NCBI GenBank assembly: GCA_013044195.1
Contig: JABEUV010000114.1
Span: 1 to 62,764, forward strand
DNA length: 62,764 bases
Source: Elusimicrobiota bacterium
GTDB lineage: Bacteria > Elusimicrobiota > Elusimicrobia > UBA1565 > UBA9628
Reading direction: 5' to 3'
Shown one piece after another: positions 18,901 through 26,963 of the stretch. Each line of letters opens with the position of its first letter. Position 1 is the stretch's first letter. A program made the translations under genes and the position numbers. Below the pieces are notes generated by a model. That model was given only the letters and a program-made list of their open reading frames with translations, did no database searches and was not told the origin of the DNA.

Positions 18901-19473
18901 GGCGCCAAGCCGGGCACGGTGGGCCGCCCTCTGCCGGGCGTGTTCATGAAGGTGGTCGATCCCGACACGGGCCGCGAGTTGGGCGCCGACGAGCCGGGCC
19001 TTCTTCTGGTCAAAGGCCCGAACGTCATGAAAGGCTACCTCGACGACGAGGAGCGCACGCGCGAGGTTCTGCGCGACGGCTACTACGTCACCGGCGACAT
19101 CGCTAAGATCGACGAGGACGGCTTCGTGACGTTGACCGACCGTCTGTCGCGCTTTTCAAAAATCGGCGGCGAGATGGTGCCGCACATCCGCGTCGAGGAA
19201 GCTCTGCAGGACGCGTTGGGCGCCGTGGATCCCGCGTTCGTGGTCGCGGCCGTGCCCGACGACAAGCGCGGCGAGCGGCTGGTCGTGCTCTACAAGGGTG
19301 AACTTGATTTGGACGCGGTGCTCAAGAAGGTCTTGGACTCCGGTCTGCCCAAGCTGTGGCTGCCGGATAAGGCGAACTTTCACCCGGTCGCGGAGTTTCC
19401 GTTGCTTGGTTCGGGCAAGGTGGACTTGCAGGGGCTTAAGGCCGAGGCGCGGCGTCTGGAGGCGGTCGCATGA
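15988..19473 (+). CDS. Fusion of lysophospholipid MFS transporter (LplT-like), PlsC-type acyltransferase and acyl-ACP synthetase/AMP-ligase (Aas-like)
   Basis: 1161 aa: an N-terminal ~12-TM MFS region, an acyltransferase HX4D motif (NHVSFVD), and an AMP-binding motif TSGSTGVPKGV. The TTG start at 15988 is uncertain; in-frame GTGs lie at about 16024 and 16033. Confidence 0.9.
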   Translation: MTAAVWSSYTPGVTPVAEAEAAARAVPQAPELRAAFSDARFSAFLAAQALGAFNDNAFKAFVTLLAMVENPAGAPRLIAVAGGLFILPFLLFSTVAGDAADRWSKSSLLVFFKAAEVVLLALAVPALATGSIKALLALIFLMGVHSAFFSPLKLAILPELVGDADLSQANGLLQMTAFLGIVLGTAAATALEQRLHAHPAVAAAALVLVAVVGLLAALVVPKTAALRPQTRLKLDIVSRTYANLRDLARLPSLNLATYATAFFWFIGALFLMNLLVYGSRLMGLDEAACGRLQVVLSLGIGAGSFVAGRLSKGQVELGLVPLGALGLVAFAFDLGFASASPRRVVLDLILLGLSGGFFAVPLQAFIQQRSPAKERGRILAIGNFLTFVGILIASGVYWALDAKFHLDPAQIFLVSAAMSAFVAFELLVRLPDFFLRLVAYPFANFIYKIKVVGRENVPIDGPVLLVANHVSFVDAILIAMSNQRLVRFMMLRSYYELPVIGRFFKAMGCIPVSSGDGPKALKASFERAKNYMMSGEAVCIFAEGGISRHGQMQRFCKGFERLVDGVEVPIVPVHLDRVWGSLFSFSGGKLLLKRPQRIPYPVTVSFGKPLPSTSGAFAVRQAILELSAEAFGLRLADSPPLPIVFVRQAKRHPLRGGISDSTGVVLNGLKTLVGAHLLGRALAALLTGEERVGVLMPPSVPGALANFGLSLEGKVPINLNYTASKDVVDACLDKAGVKTVVTSRRVAEKLGWEPRGRKIYLEDVAPSITGARKALTAAAFLLTPTAILERTVFARARGSLDRPATILFTSGSTGVPKGVVLTHANVLSNILAVAQVYPLGLDDCMLGVLPFFHAFGFTATLWLPPCVGMSAAYHFTPLDARVIGSLVEKRRATILIGTPTFLLTWMRRVEPAQFASMRYVIAGAEKLRDELSRAFQEKYGLTPLEGYGATELSPVAAVNIPNIDWPGNKQVGAKPGTVGRPLPGVFMKVVDPDTGRELGADEPGLLLVKGPNVMKGYLDDEERTREVLRDGYYVTGDIAKIDEDGFVTLTDRLSRFSKIGGEMVPHIRVEEALQDALGAVDPAFVVAAVPDDKRGERLVVLYKGELDLDAVLKKVLDSGLPKLWLPDKANFHPVAEFPLLGSGKVDLQGLKAEARRLEAVA

Positions 19474-19913
19474 GGCCGGGCGCGATGGCGCTGGCGTGCC
19501 TGCTGGCCGCGGCGCCCGTGCGGGCGCTCGCCGACGCGCCCACCGCCGCGTCGTCGACCGAGACCGAGACCGAGACCGACCCGTCTCAGCGCTACAAGAA
19601 CGAGGGCCCGGTGGTCGACAACGCGGCCAGCTTCATCGGCGTGATGACCGTCCTTCCCGCGGCGGCCGTGGGCGCACTGTTCTGTCCGGTGAAGCTTGCC
19701 GGCCAAAAGGTATCCCCGGGTGCGGACTACCGGCGGCGCTACAAGGACTGCGTGGCCGCGGGCGCGAACGGCGGTTCGCAGATATTTTATACGGTCGGCG
19801 GTTTCCCGTTTCTCGTGCTCAAGCGCGTTTTCTGGGACGCGCCGCATCGTGTGCTGATTAAAATACGCAAGCCGAAGAAGACACCTCCTATCTCTGCGGC
19901 CCCGGCCCGATGA
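19470..19913 (+). CDS. Small exported hypothetical protein
   Basis: 147 aa with a signal peptide (..VRALADA). Start and stop overlap the neighbouring genes as ATGA at both ends. Confidence 0.5.
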   Translation: MRPGAMALACLLAAAPVRALADAPTAASSTETETETDPSQRYKNEGPVVDNAASFIGVMTVLPAAAVGALFCPVKLAGQKVSPGADYRRRYKDCVAAGANGGSQIFYTVGGFPFLVLKRVFWDAPHRVLIKIRKPKKTPPISAAPAR

Positions 19914-21412
19914 TCCTGGCCTTCACGGCCCTTCTCATCGGCGCCAACGCGGCGTTCGTGCTCATGGAGTTCGCGCTGATGCGCGTGCGGCCGGCCCGCA
20001 TCGAACTGCTGGCGCGGCGCGGCTCGCCGCGCGCGGCGGCGGTGCAGGACGTGCTCGCCCGGCTCGACGAACACATCGCGGCCATGCAGGTATGTCTAGC
20101 CGCGATCGCGATCGCGCTGGGCGCGGTCGCCGAGCCGGACGTGATGTCCGTCCTACGCGCCTGGCTGTCGCGCTGGGCCGTCGTCCTGCCGCCGGCATCG
20201 ATCCGGGCTCTGTCGTTTGCCGCGGCGGTCGCCGCACTCGCCTCCGTCCAGTTGCTTCTGGCCGAGTTGGTGCCGCGCGCCCTGGCCGCGCAGTTCGCGG
20301 AGACGGTCGCGCTGGTCGGCGCGCGGCCGCTCAAGCTGCTGGCGCGCGCCCTGCGCCTGCCCATCCGTCTGGCCACGGCCGCTTCGCGCGGCCTGCTGGC
20401 GCCGTTCGGCCTGAAGCCGGCCACCGAGGCGGACCGCGTCGTCGGTCTCGATGAGATGCGCGTATTGCTGGGCGAGGCGCAGGAAAAGGGGCGACTGCCG
20501 CTGGAACGCCTTTTTCTTCTTGAAAATCTGTTCGACTTCGGCACCGCGAAGGCCGTCGAGGCCATGCGTCCGCGCGAGAGGATCGCTTACCTGTCCCTGG
20601 TCCGGCCGTGGAGAGAGAACCTGGCCGTCATCCGCGACAAGCGCTTCACGCGCTATCCGCTGTGCGAGCGGGACATCGACACGTCGATCGGCTTCGTGCA
20701 TATCAAGGATTTGGTGCTCGGCGAGACCGTCGGAGAGCCGGATCTGCGCCGCCTGCGGCGCGATCTATTCGAGACCGTGGAGGCCGAGCCGTTGGAGCGG
20801 CTGGTCAAGACCATGCCCGACCGCGGCGCGCACATGGCGTTGGTGCGCGATGCGACGGGGCGAGTGTCCGGCGTGCTCACGCTTGAGGACGTTTTCGAGG
20901 AGATCGTCGGCGAGATACGCGACGAATTCACCCATCCGCGCGACTGGACCGACGGACTGCTCTTTGAGCGCGCGGCCGTCGATGCGAACCTGCCCCAGGG
21001 CGACCGGGGCGGCGCGATCGCGCGTCTGGTCGAGCGCCTGAAAGCGGCGCGCCCGGAACTGGACGCGCCTGCGGCGTTCTCGGCCGTCTGGGAGCGCGAG
21101 CGCGCGTTTGCGAGCGCCGTTGGGCGCGGAGTTCTGGTGCCGCATGCGCGCCTGCCGGGGCTTCCCGGACCCATGATCGCCGTGGGCCGCTACGCCAAGC
21201 CGGAGCCTTCCTCCGCTCCCGACGGCGTGCCGATCCGCCTCATCTTTCTCGTTCTGACCCCCGCGGAGTCTCCGGTCGTCCAGCTCAAGATCCTGCGGCG
21301 CATCGCCTCGCTGGTGACCAACGAGACCTTGCGCCGCAAGCTGTGGCGCGTGCGCAGCGATGAATCCCTGCTTGAGCTTCTGCGCACCGCCGATACCTTG
21401 CTCGCCGCGTAG
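19910..21412 (+). CDS. CNNM/DUF21 membrane domain + CBS pair + PTS EIIA(Ntr)-like domain fusion
   Basis: The N-terminus shows the DUF21 pattern (EFALMRVRPARIELL), followed by a CBS pair. The C-terminal ~140 aa align well by eye to PtsN, including the GVLVPHARL histidine loop and LIFLVLTPAES. Confidence 0.85.
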   Translation: MILAFTALLIGANAAFVLMEFALMRVRPARIELLARRGSPRAAAVQDVLARLDEHIAAMQVCLAAIAIALGAVAEPDVMSVLRAWLSRWAVVLPPASIRALSFAAAVAALASVQLLLAELVPRALAAQFAETVALVGARPLKLLARALRLPIRLATAASRGLLAPFGLKPATEADRVVGLDEMRVLLGEAQEKGRLPLERLFLLENLFDFGTAKAVEAMRPRERIAYLSLVRPWRENLAVIRDKRFTRYPLCERDIDTSIGFVHIKDLVLGETVGEPDLRRLRRDLFETVEAEPLERLVKTMPDRGAHMALVRDATGRVSGVLTLEDVFEEIVGEIRDEFTHPRDWTDGLLFERAAVDANLPQGDRGGAIARLVERLKAARPELDAPAAFSAVWERERAFASAVGRGVLVPHARLPGLPGPMIAVGRYAKPEPSSAPDGVPIRLIFLVLTPAESPVVQLKILRRIASLVTNETLRRKLWRVRSDESLLELLRTADTLLAA

Positions 21413-21455
21413 CGGCCGCCGGGCGTCGGCATGTACGTTGCTACGTGAAAGTTCG

Positions 21456-22499
21456 ATGGATGCGCGGTTTTTCGTGACGGGCCTCAATCATCTCGAGACT
21501 TCCGTTCAGTGCCGGGAGCGCCTGGTGCGCGCGGACTCGTCGCTGGAGGAGTCGTTTCGCGGCCTGCGCGTCGAGGCGGGCTTGACCCAGGCGGTTCTGC
21601 TGTCGACGTGCAGCCGCCTGGAGGTCTACGGCTGGTCGCCCGATCCCGCGGCGGCGCGCGCGCGTACGGCGGCGTGGTTCATCGAGCGCGCCGGCCTTGA
21701 GGCGCGCCGCCATCTCGACGAACGCGCGGGAGAGGACGCTCTGGCGCATTTGTTTCGAGTGGCGTCGGGTCTGGAGTCCTGGATTCTGGGCGAGACCGAG
21801 ATATTGAGCCAGGTGCGCAAGGCCTACGCGGCCTCCGTCGCCGCGGGTGCGGCGGGCGCGGAATTGCATCGTATTTTTCAGAGCGCCGTCGCGGCGGGCA
21901 AAGCCGCGCGCGCGGCCACGGGCATTCAGGATGGCATTCATTCGATCGGCGGGGCCGCGGCTTTGCTTGCGCGCCGCATCTTCGGCGAGCGCGACGGCGG
22001 ACGTGTCGTCGTCTTCGGCGCGGGCGAGGCCGCTCGGGCCGTCTGCCGCCATCTTGCGGCCAAGGATTTCAACCGCCTGCTGATCGCCAACCGAACGCGC
22101 GAACGCGCCGAAGAGTTGGCGCGGCTGATCGGCGGCCAAGCCGCCACATTCGAGGAAGGCCTGCGCGCGCTCGCCGATGCGGACGCCGCGGTCTTCTCCG
22201 TTTCGTCTTCCGGGCCGGTTCTAGAGCGCGCGGAGTTGGAGCGCCGCCTGGCCGGGCGACACCGGCCGATCTTTCTCATCGATCTGGGCCTGCCGCGCAA
22301 CGTGGACCCGGAGTGCGCGGGCTTGCCCGACGTTTTTCTCTACGGCTTGGACGACTTGAAGGACGTCGTCGCGCGCAGCATGGAGCGCAAGGCCGGGGTC
22401 AAAAAGGAAGCGGAGGCCGTGGTCCGGGAGGCCGCGGCCGACTGCGTTCTTCAGCTCGACAAGGCCCGCTTGCGGCGTGAAGCGGCGCCCGCGGCCTAA
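21456..22499 (+). CDS. hemA: Glutamyl-tRNA reductase
   Basis: MDARFFVTGLNH..., catalytic-Cys motif LSTCSRLEVYG, and a Rossmann motif VVVFGAGEAA. The track ORF starts at 21360; the ATG at 21456 fits HemA N-termini. Confidence 0.92.
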   Translation: MDARFFVTGLNHLETSVQCRERLVRADSSLEESFRGLRVEAGLTQAVLLSTCSRLEVYGWSPDPAAARARTAAWFIERAGLEARRHLDERAGEDALAHLFRVASGLESWILGETEILSQVRKAYAASVAAGAAGAELHRIFQSAVAAGKAARAATGIQDGIHSIGGAAALLARRIFGERDGGRVVVFGAGEAARAVCRHLAAKDFNRLLIANRTRERAEELARLIGGQAATFEEGLRALADADAAVFSVSSSGPVLERAELERRLAGRHRPIFLIDLGLPRNVDPECAGLPDVFLYGLDDLKDVVARSMERKAGVKKEAEAVVREAAADCVLQLDKARLRREAAPAA

Positions 22500-23245
22500 T
22501 GCATCACGCCGAATAGCTCCACGTCGAAAGTCAGCGCGGCGTTCGGCGGAATTTTCGGCGGACGGCCTTCCCGGCCGTAGGCCATCTCCGGCGGACAGAC
22601 GAAACGGGCGCGGCCGCCGGCTTTCATGCGCGGCAGGGCCTGGGACCAGCAGCGAATAGCGGAGGCCAGCGGAATCATCGCGGGCAGGCCGGCGCGGTGG
22701 GAGCCGTCGAACACGGTGCCGTCGCTCAGGGTGCCGACGTAGCGGACCTTGACCGTGTCCTCGGGTCCGGGAGCCTCTCCGGTTCCGGCGCGCAGTTCGG
22801 TGAAGGAGAAATCGGGCGGTGCGGCCAGGGGGCCCTCAAGCTCAAGGGTCAAGGCCCCGGGGCCCTGCACGGAGGCTTCGCGGCAACCGCTGGGACGGTC
22901 GGCGGGGGCGGTCATGGAGACGGCGCCGCGCTTCAAAAGTTCGCGGTATCGCGCGTCGACGTCGTCCACGGACAGGACGATGGTCGCCAGGGAGTCCGCG
23001 GTCGCCGCGTCCAGCTCCAGCGGCGCGGTGTCGGTCGAAAACATCACGCGGTCGTCCCCGCGGTAGGTCGGCGTCCAGCCCATCAGACGGCTCAGGCGGT
23101 CGACGGCGGCGGGCAGATCGCGCACGCCGGCGCGCACGCGGGCGAACCGAGGGCGGTCCGGGTTGCTTGGCGCGGCGCCCGCGCGGGCCAGCGCCGATAT
23201 GATGAGCCCGGTCGTGAAAAAAAGAGGGGCAAGCCGCTTCGACAT
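22496..23245 (-). CDS. Exported glyoxalase/VOC-like domain fused to FKBP-type peptidyl-prolyl isomerase
   Basis: Signal peptide. The C-terminal part is FKBP-like (VKVRYVGTLSDGTVFDGS...LTFDVELFGV). Confidence 0.8.
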   Translation of the reverse strand: MSKRLAPLFFTTGLIISALARAGAAPSNPDRPRFARVRAGVRDLPAAVDRLSRLMGWTPTYRGDDRVMFSTDTAPLELDAATADSLATIVLSVDDVDARYRELLKRGAVSMTAPADRPSGCREASVQGPGALTLELEGPLAAPPDFSFTELRAGTGEAPGPEDTVKVRYVGTLSDGTVFDGSHRAGLPAMIPLASAIRCWSQALPRMKAGGRARFVCPPEMAYGREGRPPKIPPNAALTFDVELFGVMH

Positions 23246-23298
23246 GCGCAGATACTAGAACATCGCGCGCCGTTTGTCGGCGGAAGATGGAAGCCCCC

Positions 23299-23314
23299 CG
23301 GCTCTTTTGTTGCA
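23299..23314 (+). promoter_or_regulatory. Candidate sigma-54 (-24/-12) promoter cGGCTC-ttttg-TTGCA
   Basis: GG at 23300-23301 and GC at 23312-23313 have the canonical spacing. The -12 element is TTGCA. It lies about 48 nt upstream of the ATG at 23362. Chance matches are expected at this stringency. Confidence 0.3.
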
Positions 23315-23361
23315 TAAGAGATTGTCGACGCGGATAAGACGTAAATCGCTGAGGAGAGGAC

Positions 23362-23796
23362 ATGAATAAAATTCTGATCGTCGCGGCCGCCATGACGGCC
23401 CTGCTGTGGACGGGCGCGGCGCGAGCCGACGACCCGACGTTTCCGGCCGACAACGGCCCCGATTCGATCGACGTGTCGAAGTATCCCAAGGATCAGCAGG
23501 AGAACTATAAGGTGTTCTCCGAGAAATGCTCGCGTTGCCACACGTTGGCGCGACCCATCAACACGAGCGTCGCTGCGCCCGAGGATTGGAAGGCCACCGT
23601 CGAGAAGATGCGCCGCAAGCCGCGCTCGGGCATCAGTGACGACGCGCAGAAGCAGATCGCGGATTTCCTGATTTACAACGCCGGGCAAAAGAAGGTCGCG
23701 GCCAGCACGAGCGCGGGTCAGAAATCCGTTGCGAATCCCTCCGCGGCGCAGACGGACGCGAAGGCCGTGTCCGCCGGAGCCGGGGCGAAGAACTAG
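23362..23796 (+). CDS. Small exported c-type cytochrome-like protein
   Basis: Signal peptide and a single CxxCH (CSRCH). The downstream W..TV.KM....SGIS......I..FL pattern recalls the haem domain of quinohaemoprotein amine dehydrogenase alpha subunits. Confidence 0.65.
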   Translation: MNKILIVAAAMTALLWTGAARADDPTFPADNGPDSIDVSKYPKDQQENYKVFSEKCSRCHTLARPINTSVAAPEDWKATVEKMRRKPRSGISDDAQKQIADFLIYNAGQKKVAASTSAGQKSVANPSAAQTDAKAVSAGAGAKN

Positions 23797-23839
23797 AAAC
23801 ATTAGCGGACAGCCGCGCCTTCGGGTTCGGCCGAAAAGT

Positions 23840-23884
23840 CTTCCGCCCGCCGTCGAATTGAGACGGCGGGCGGAAGTGTTTTAT
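23840..23884. terminator. Strong intrinsic terminator, 15-bp perfect stem, T-run on the plus side and A-run on the other (bidirectional)
   Basis: CTTCCGCCCGCCGTC (23840-23854), loop gaattga, GACGGCGGGCGGAAG (23862-23876), then TGTTTTAT. It sits between convergent genes. Confidence 0.8.
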
Positions 23885-23909
23885 GGGGCCAAGCGGCGCA
23901 AGCGCGGAT

Positions 23910-25034
23910 TCAGCGCGGCGAAGCGGGAACGTAGGCGCAGGACGCATCCTCGGCCCAGGCGTCGCCGGTCGTCGCCCACGCGCGCGCGCGCGAGCCGCCG
24001 CAGGATTGGCGGTACTCGCAGACGCCGCATTTCCCGCCCAAGCGCTCGTGGTCGCGCAGGCCCGTGAACAGCGCGTCCTCGCGGTAAAGGCGCGCCAGGC
24101 TGCCGTCGCGCACGTTGCCGCGGACCTCCGGCAGGAAGCCGGAGGGGCAGACGCCGCCCAGGTGATCGACGAACATGAAGCCGTCGCCGGCGTTGACCGC
24201 GCGGTCCGGCAGGCGCAGTCCCGACCGCACGCTGGCGGGCCGCGCGACGGCGCGCTCCACGCGCTCGGCGGCGCCGCTTCCCGCGGCGGCCTCCAGAACC
24301 TTCAGGTAGCGCCGGAAATGCGGCGCCTCGGTGAGCTTGACGACGAATTCCTTCTCCAGCGACAGACGTCGCAGGCGCGCGAAAACAGTTTCGAACTGCT
24401 CCGGCGTCAAGCCGCCCAGGGCCGCGCCGCGGCCCACGGGAATCAGAAAAAACACTTCCCAGAACGCGATCGGCAGGGAGGAGACCAGATCGACGATGCT
24501 CTCGAAAGAGCCGATGTTCCATGCGCCAAGGCAGGTGTTGATCTGCATGGGCAGGCCCAGCTCCCGGCTCCACTCGACGGCCTGCAGCACTCGCGCAAAC
24601 GCGCCCGGCGCGCGACGGAACTCGTCATGGGATCGCGCCGTGTCGCCGTCGAGGCTGAAGGCGACTTGGTCCAGGCCGGCGTCCTTGAGTGAGGCCAGGC
24701 GTTCTCGCGTCAGGTTCGGCGTCGCCGCCGGGATGGTGCCCACGCGCAGCTTCCGGCTTTTGGCGTGCCGCACCAGATCTTCGAGGTCCTCGCGCACGAG
24801 GGGATCTCCGCCGGAGAGGATCAGGATCGGCGTACCCATGTCCGCAACCTGGTCGATCAGCTTGAAGCCCTCGTCGGTGGACAGTTCGCGCGGGTCGCGG
24901 CTCAGGTCGGCGTCGGCGCGGCAGTGGGCGCAGGACAGCGCGCATGAGCGCGTGGTCTCCCAGATGACGAGCAACGGGGCCGACGAGAAATCGAACGGCT
25001 TCGGCGGAAGGACGGCGTCTTTGGGAGCTAGCAC
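23910..25034 (-). CDS. Radical SAM enzyme with C-terminal SPASM-type Cys-rich domain (AhbD/NirJ/PqqE-like)
   Basis: CALSCAHC (Cx3Cx2C) near the N-terminus. The C-terminal part has CPSG...CGVCEYRQSCGGSRARA. GTG start at 25034. Confidence 0.88.
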   Translation of the reverse strand: MLAPKDAVLPPKPFDFSSAPLLVIWETTRSCALSCAHCRADADLSRDPRELSTDEGFKLIDQVADMGTPILILSGGDPLVREDLEDLVRHAKSRKLRVGTIPAATPNLTRERLASLKDAGLDQVAFSLDGDTARSHDEFRRAPGAFARVLQAVEWSRELGLPMQINTCLGAWNIGSFESIVDLVSSLPIAFWEVFFLIPVGRGAALGGLTPEQFETVFARLRRLSLEKEFVVKLTEAPHFRRYLKVLEAAAGSGAAERVERAVARPASVRSGLRLPDRAVNAGDGFMFVDHLGGVCPSGFLPEVRGNVRDGSLARLYREDALFTGLRDHERLGGKCGVCEYRQSCGGSRARAWATTGDAWAEDASCAYVPASPR

Positions 25035-25043
25035 GCTTGTTGT

Positions 25044-25709
25044 TTATGCAACGTTACGGCCGCGGCGCCGCACCGGCCGTGCTTGCGTGGAGGCGCCGAG
25101 ATCTTCCAGCTGAGGGCGAAGGAAAAATTCCGCGCCGAGAGAACGCGCGAGTGCTTCGACCGCGGGGAGGTCGACGTCCGGGCGGTCTACCGCGGTGACG
25201 CGCGTACGCAGTCCGGCCGCCGCGCAGTCCGCGGCGAAGGCGCAGGCCGCGGCGAAGCCCGCCGCGCGGTATTCGGGCCGCGGACGGTGCAAGGTCAGCC
25301 ACTGCGCGGGATCGGCGGTGTTCACGCTGACGGAGACTCGGTCGACTGCGCCGCGCAGGTCCGGGACGATGTCCCGTCCGCAGATCAGTCGGCCCAGCCC
25401 CACCGTGTTGAGGCGCACGGAGATGTCTGGTCGCAGATGTCGGGCGTGCCTTGCGGCGGCGAGCAGAACGTCGAGACGCTGGGTCGGTTCGCCGTAGCCG
25501 CAGAAGACCAGTTCGCGGTAGCTCGTCGTCGGGCCCAGGCGGGCTTCGAGGCCGTCCAGTATCTCGCGCCTCGAAGGTTCGTGGGGCAAAAGCAGATCGC
25601 GCCCGCGGAAGCTCCAATCCCAGCGCGTCTTTACGCAGAAAGAGCAGGCCGTCGGACAACGGTTGGTGATGTTGAGATACAAGCCGCCCTCAAATTCATA
25701 AAACACCAT
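25044..25709 (-). CDS. Small radical SAM protein
   Basis: MVFYEFEGGLYLNITNRCPTACSFCVK (Cx3Cx2C), about 221 aa. ATG at 25709 is preceded by GGAGAAG. The N-terminal extension in the track ORF is discarded. Confidence 0.82.
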   Translation of the reverse strand: MVFYEFEGGLYLNITNRCPTACSFCVKTRWDWSFRGRDLLLPHEPSRREILDGLEARLGPTTSYRELVFCGYGEPTQRLDVLLAAARHARHLRPDISVRLNTVGLGRLICGRDIVPDLRGAVDRVSVSVNTADPAQWLTLHRPRPEYRAAGFAAACAFAADCAAAGLRTRVTAVDRPDVDLPAVEALARSLGAEFFLRPQLEDLGASTQARPVRRRGRNVA

Positions 25710-25746
25710 AGCTTCTCCGTGTGGCAACGAGACGGCCGCGATCGTT

Positions 25747-26961
25747 TTACGCCGCCCTGGACTTCTTCCGGCGGGTGGGTGCTGAGACGGCGGCGATCTC
25801 GGGCGGCAGGTCGGCAAGCTCCACGCGGGGGCCTGAGGCCATGATCAGCGAGCGCTCGACGGCGTGCTCCAACTCGCGCACGTTTCCCGGCCAGGCATAG
25901 GCGCCCATGGCCTTGATCGCCGCGGGCGAGAAGCGCGACGCGCTGGAACCGGTGCGCACGCGGGCGCGCTTCAGAAACGACTCGGCCAGTATGGGGACGT
26001 CTTCGGGGCGCTCGCGCAGCGGCGGGATGGCGATCGGGAACACTTTCAAGCGGTAGTAGAGATCGTCGCGGAACTTGCCTTCGGCGACCAGCTTCAGCAG
26101 ATCGCGGTTGGACGCGGCGACCACGCGCGCGGAAATTTTCACCGGGTGATTGTCCCCGACGCGGCGGATCTCGCCTTCCTGGAGCGCGCGCAGGAGCTTG
26201 ACCTGGAGCCCGGGCGTCGTCTCGGTGATCTCGTCGAGGAACAAAGTACCGCCGGAGGCTTCCTCGAAGAGCCCGCGCTTGTTGCGGTCGGCGCCCGTGA
26301 ATGATCCTTTGACGTGTCCGAACAGCTCGCTTTCGAGCAGACCTTCCGGCAGCGCGCCGCAGTTGATCGCGACGAAGGAGCCGTCGCGGCGCGGGGAGTT
26401 TTCATGGATGGCGCGGGCGACCAGTTCCTTGCCGGTGCCGGATTCGCCGGTGACCAGGACGGTCGCGTCGGTCGACGCGACCTTGGCGACGAGCTCCAGC
26501 ACGCGCTCCATCGCGGGGCTGGCGGAGATGATCTTGGCGAAGCCTTGGCGCTCGCGCACCTCGGCGCGCAGGCGGCGCACCTCCCCGACCAGGTCGCGGT
26601 GCTCGATCGACTTGCGCAGCGACAGCGCCAGCTCTTCCGGCTCCACGGGCTTGGTCATGTAGTCGAACGCGCCGGCCTTCATCGCGGCGACGGCGTTGTC
26701 GATGGAGCCGTGGCCCGTGATCACGACGACGCCGGTCTCGGGCTGGCTGGACTTGACGGACGCCAGCACCGTCAGGCCGTCGCCGGTGCCCAGGCGCAGG
26801 TCGGTGACGACCGCGTCGAAGAGCTCTTTTTCGACGCGCGCGCACGCGGCCGGCGCTTCTCGCGCCGTTTCGACGCGGAAGCCCAGGCGTTTGAGTTCCA
26901 GCGCCAGCAGCGCCGACTGCGCGCCGTCGTCCTCGACGAGAAGTATCTTTTTTTCGTCCAT
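25747..26961 (-). CDS. Sigma-54-dependent response regulator (REC + AAA+ activator) lacking a C-terminal HTH domain
   Basis: MDEKKILLVEDD... receiver domain, Walker A GESGTGKE, GAFTGA-type loop GSFTGA, and an ending ...ELADLPPEIAAVSAPTRRKKSRAA with no Fis-type HTH. The 689-aa track ORF is an artefactual upstream extension. Confidence 0.92.
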   Translation of the reverse strand: MDEKKILLVEDDGAQSALLALELKRLGFRVETAREAPAACARVEKELFDAVVTDLRLGTGDGLTVLASVKSSQPETGVVVITGHGSIDNAVAAMKAGAFDYMTKPVEPEELALSLRKSIEHRDLVGEVRRLRAEVRERQGFAKIISASPAMERVLELVAKVASTDATVLVTGESGTGKELVARAIHENSPRRDGSFVAINCGALPEGLLESELFGHVKGSFTGADRNKRGLFEEASGGTLFLDEITETTPGLQVKLLRALQEGEIRRVGDNHPVKISARVVAASNRDLLKLVAEGKFRDDLYYRLKVFPIAIPPLRERPEDVPILAESFLKRARVRTGSSASRFSPAAIKAMGAYAWPGNVRELEHAVERSLIMASGPRVELADLPPEIAAVSAPTRRKKSRAA

Positions 26962-26963
26962 AG

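Noticed and set aside
25723-25738. Good-looking sigma-54 match cGGCCG-N5-TTGCc on the minus strand between the activator and the small radical-SAM gene.
   Set aside because: The -12 GC is only 15 nt from the ATG. The transcript would start downstream of the ribosome-binding site. It is kept as an illustration of the chance-match rate for this motif.
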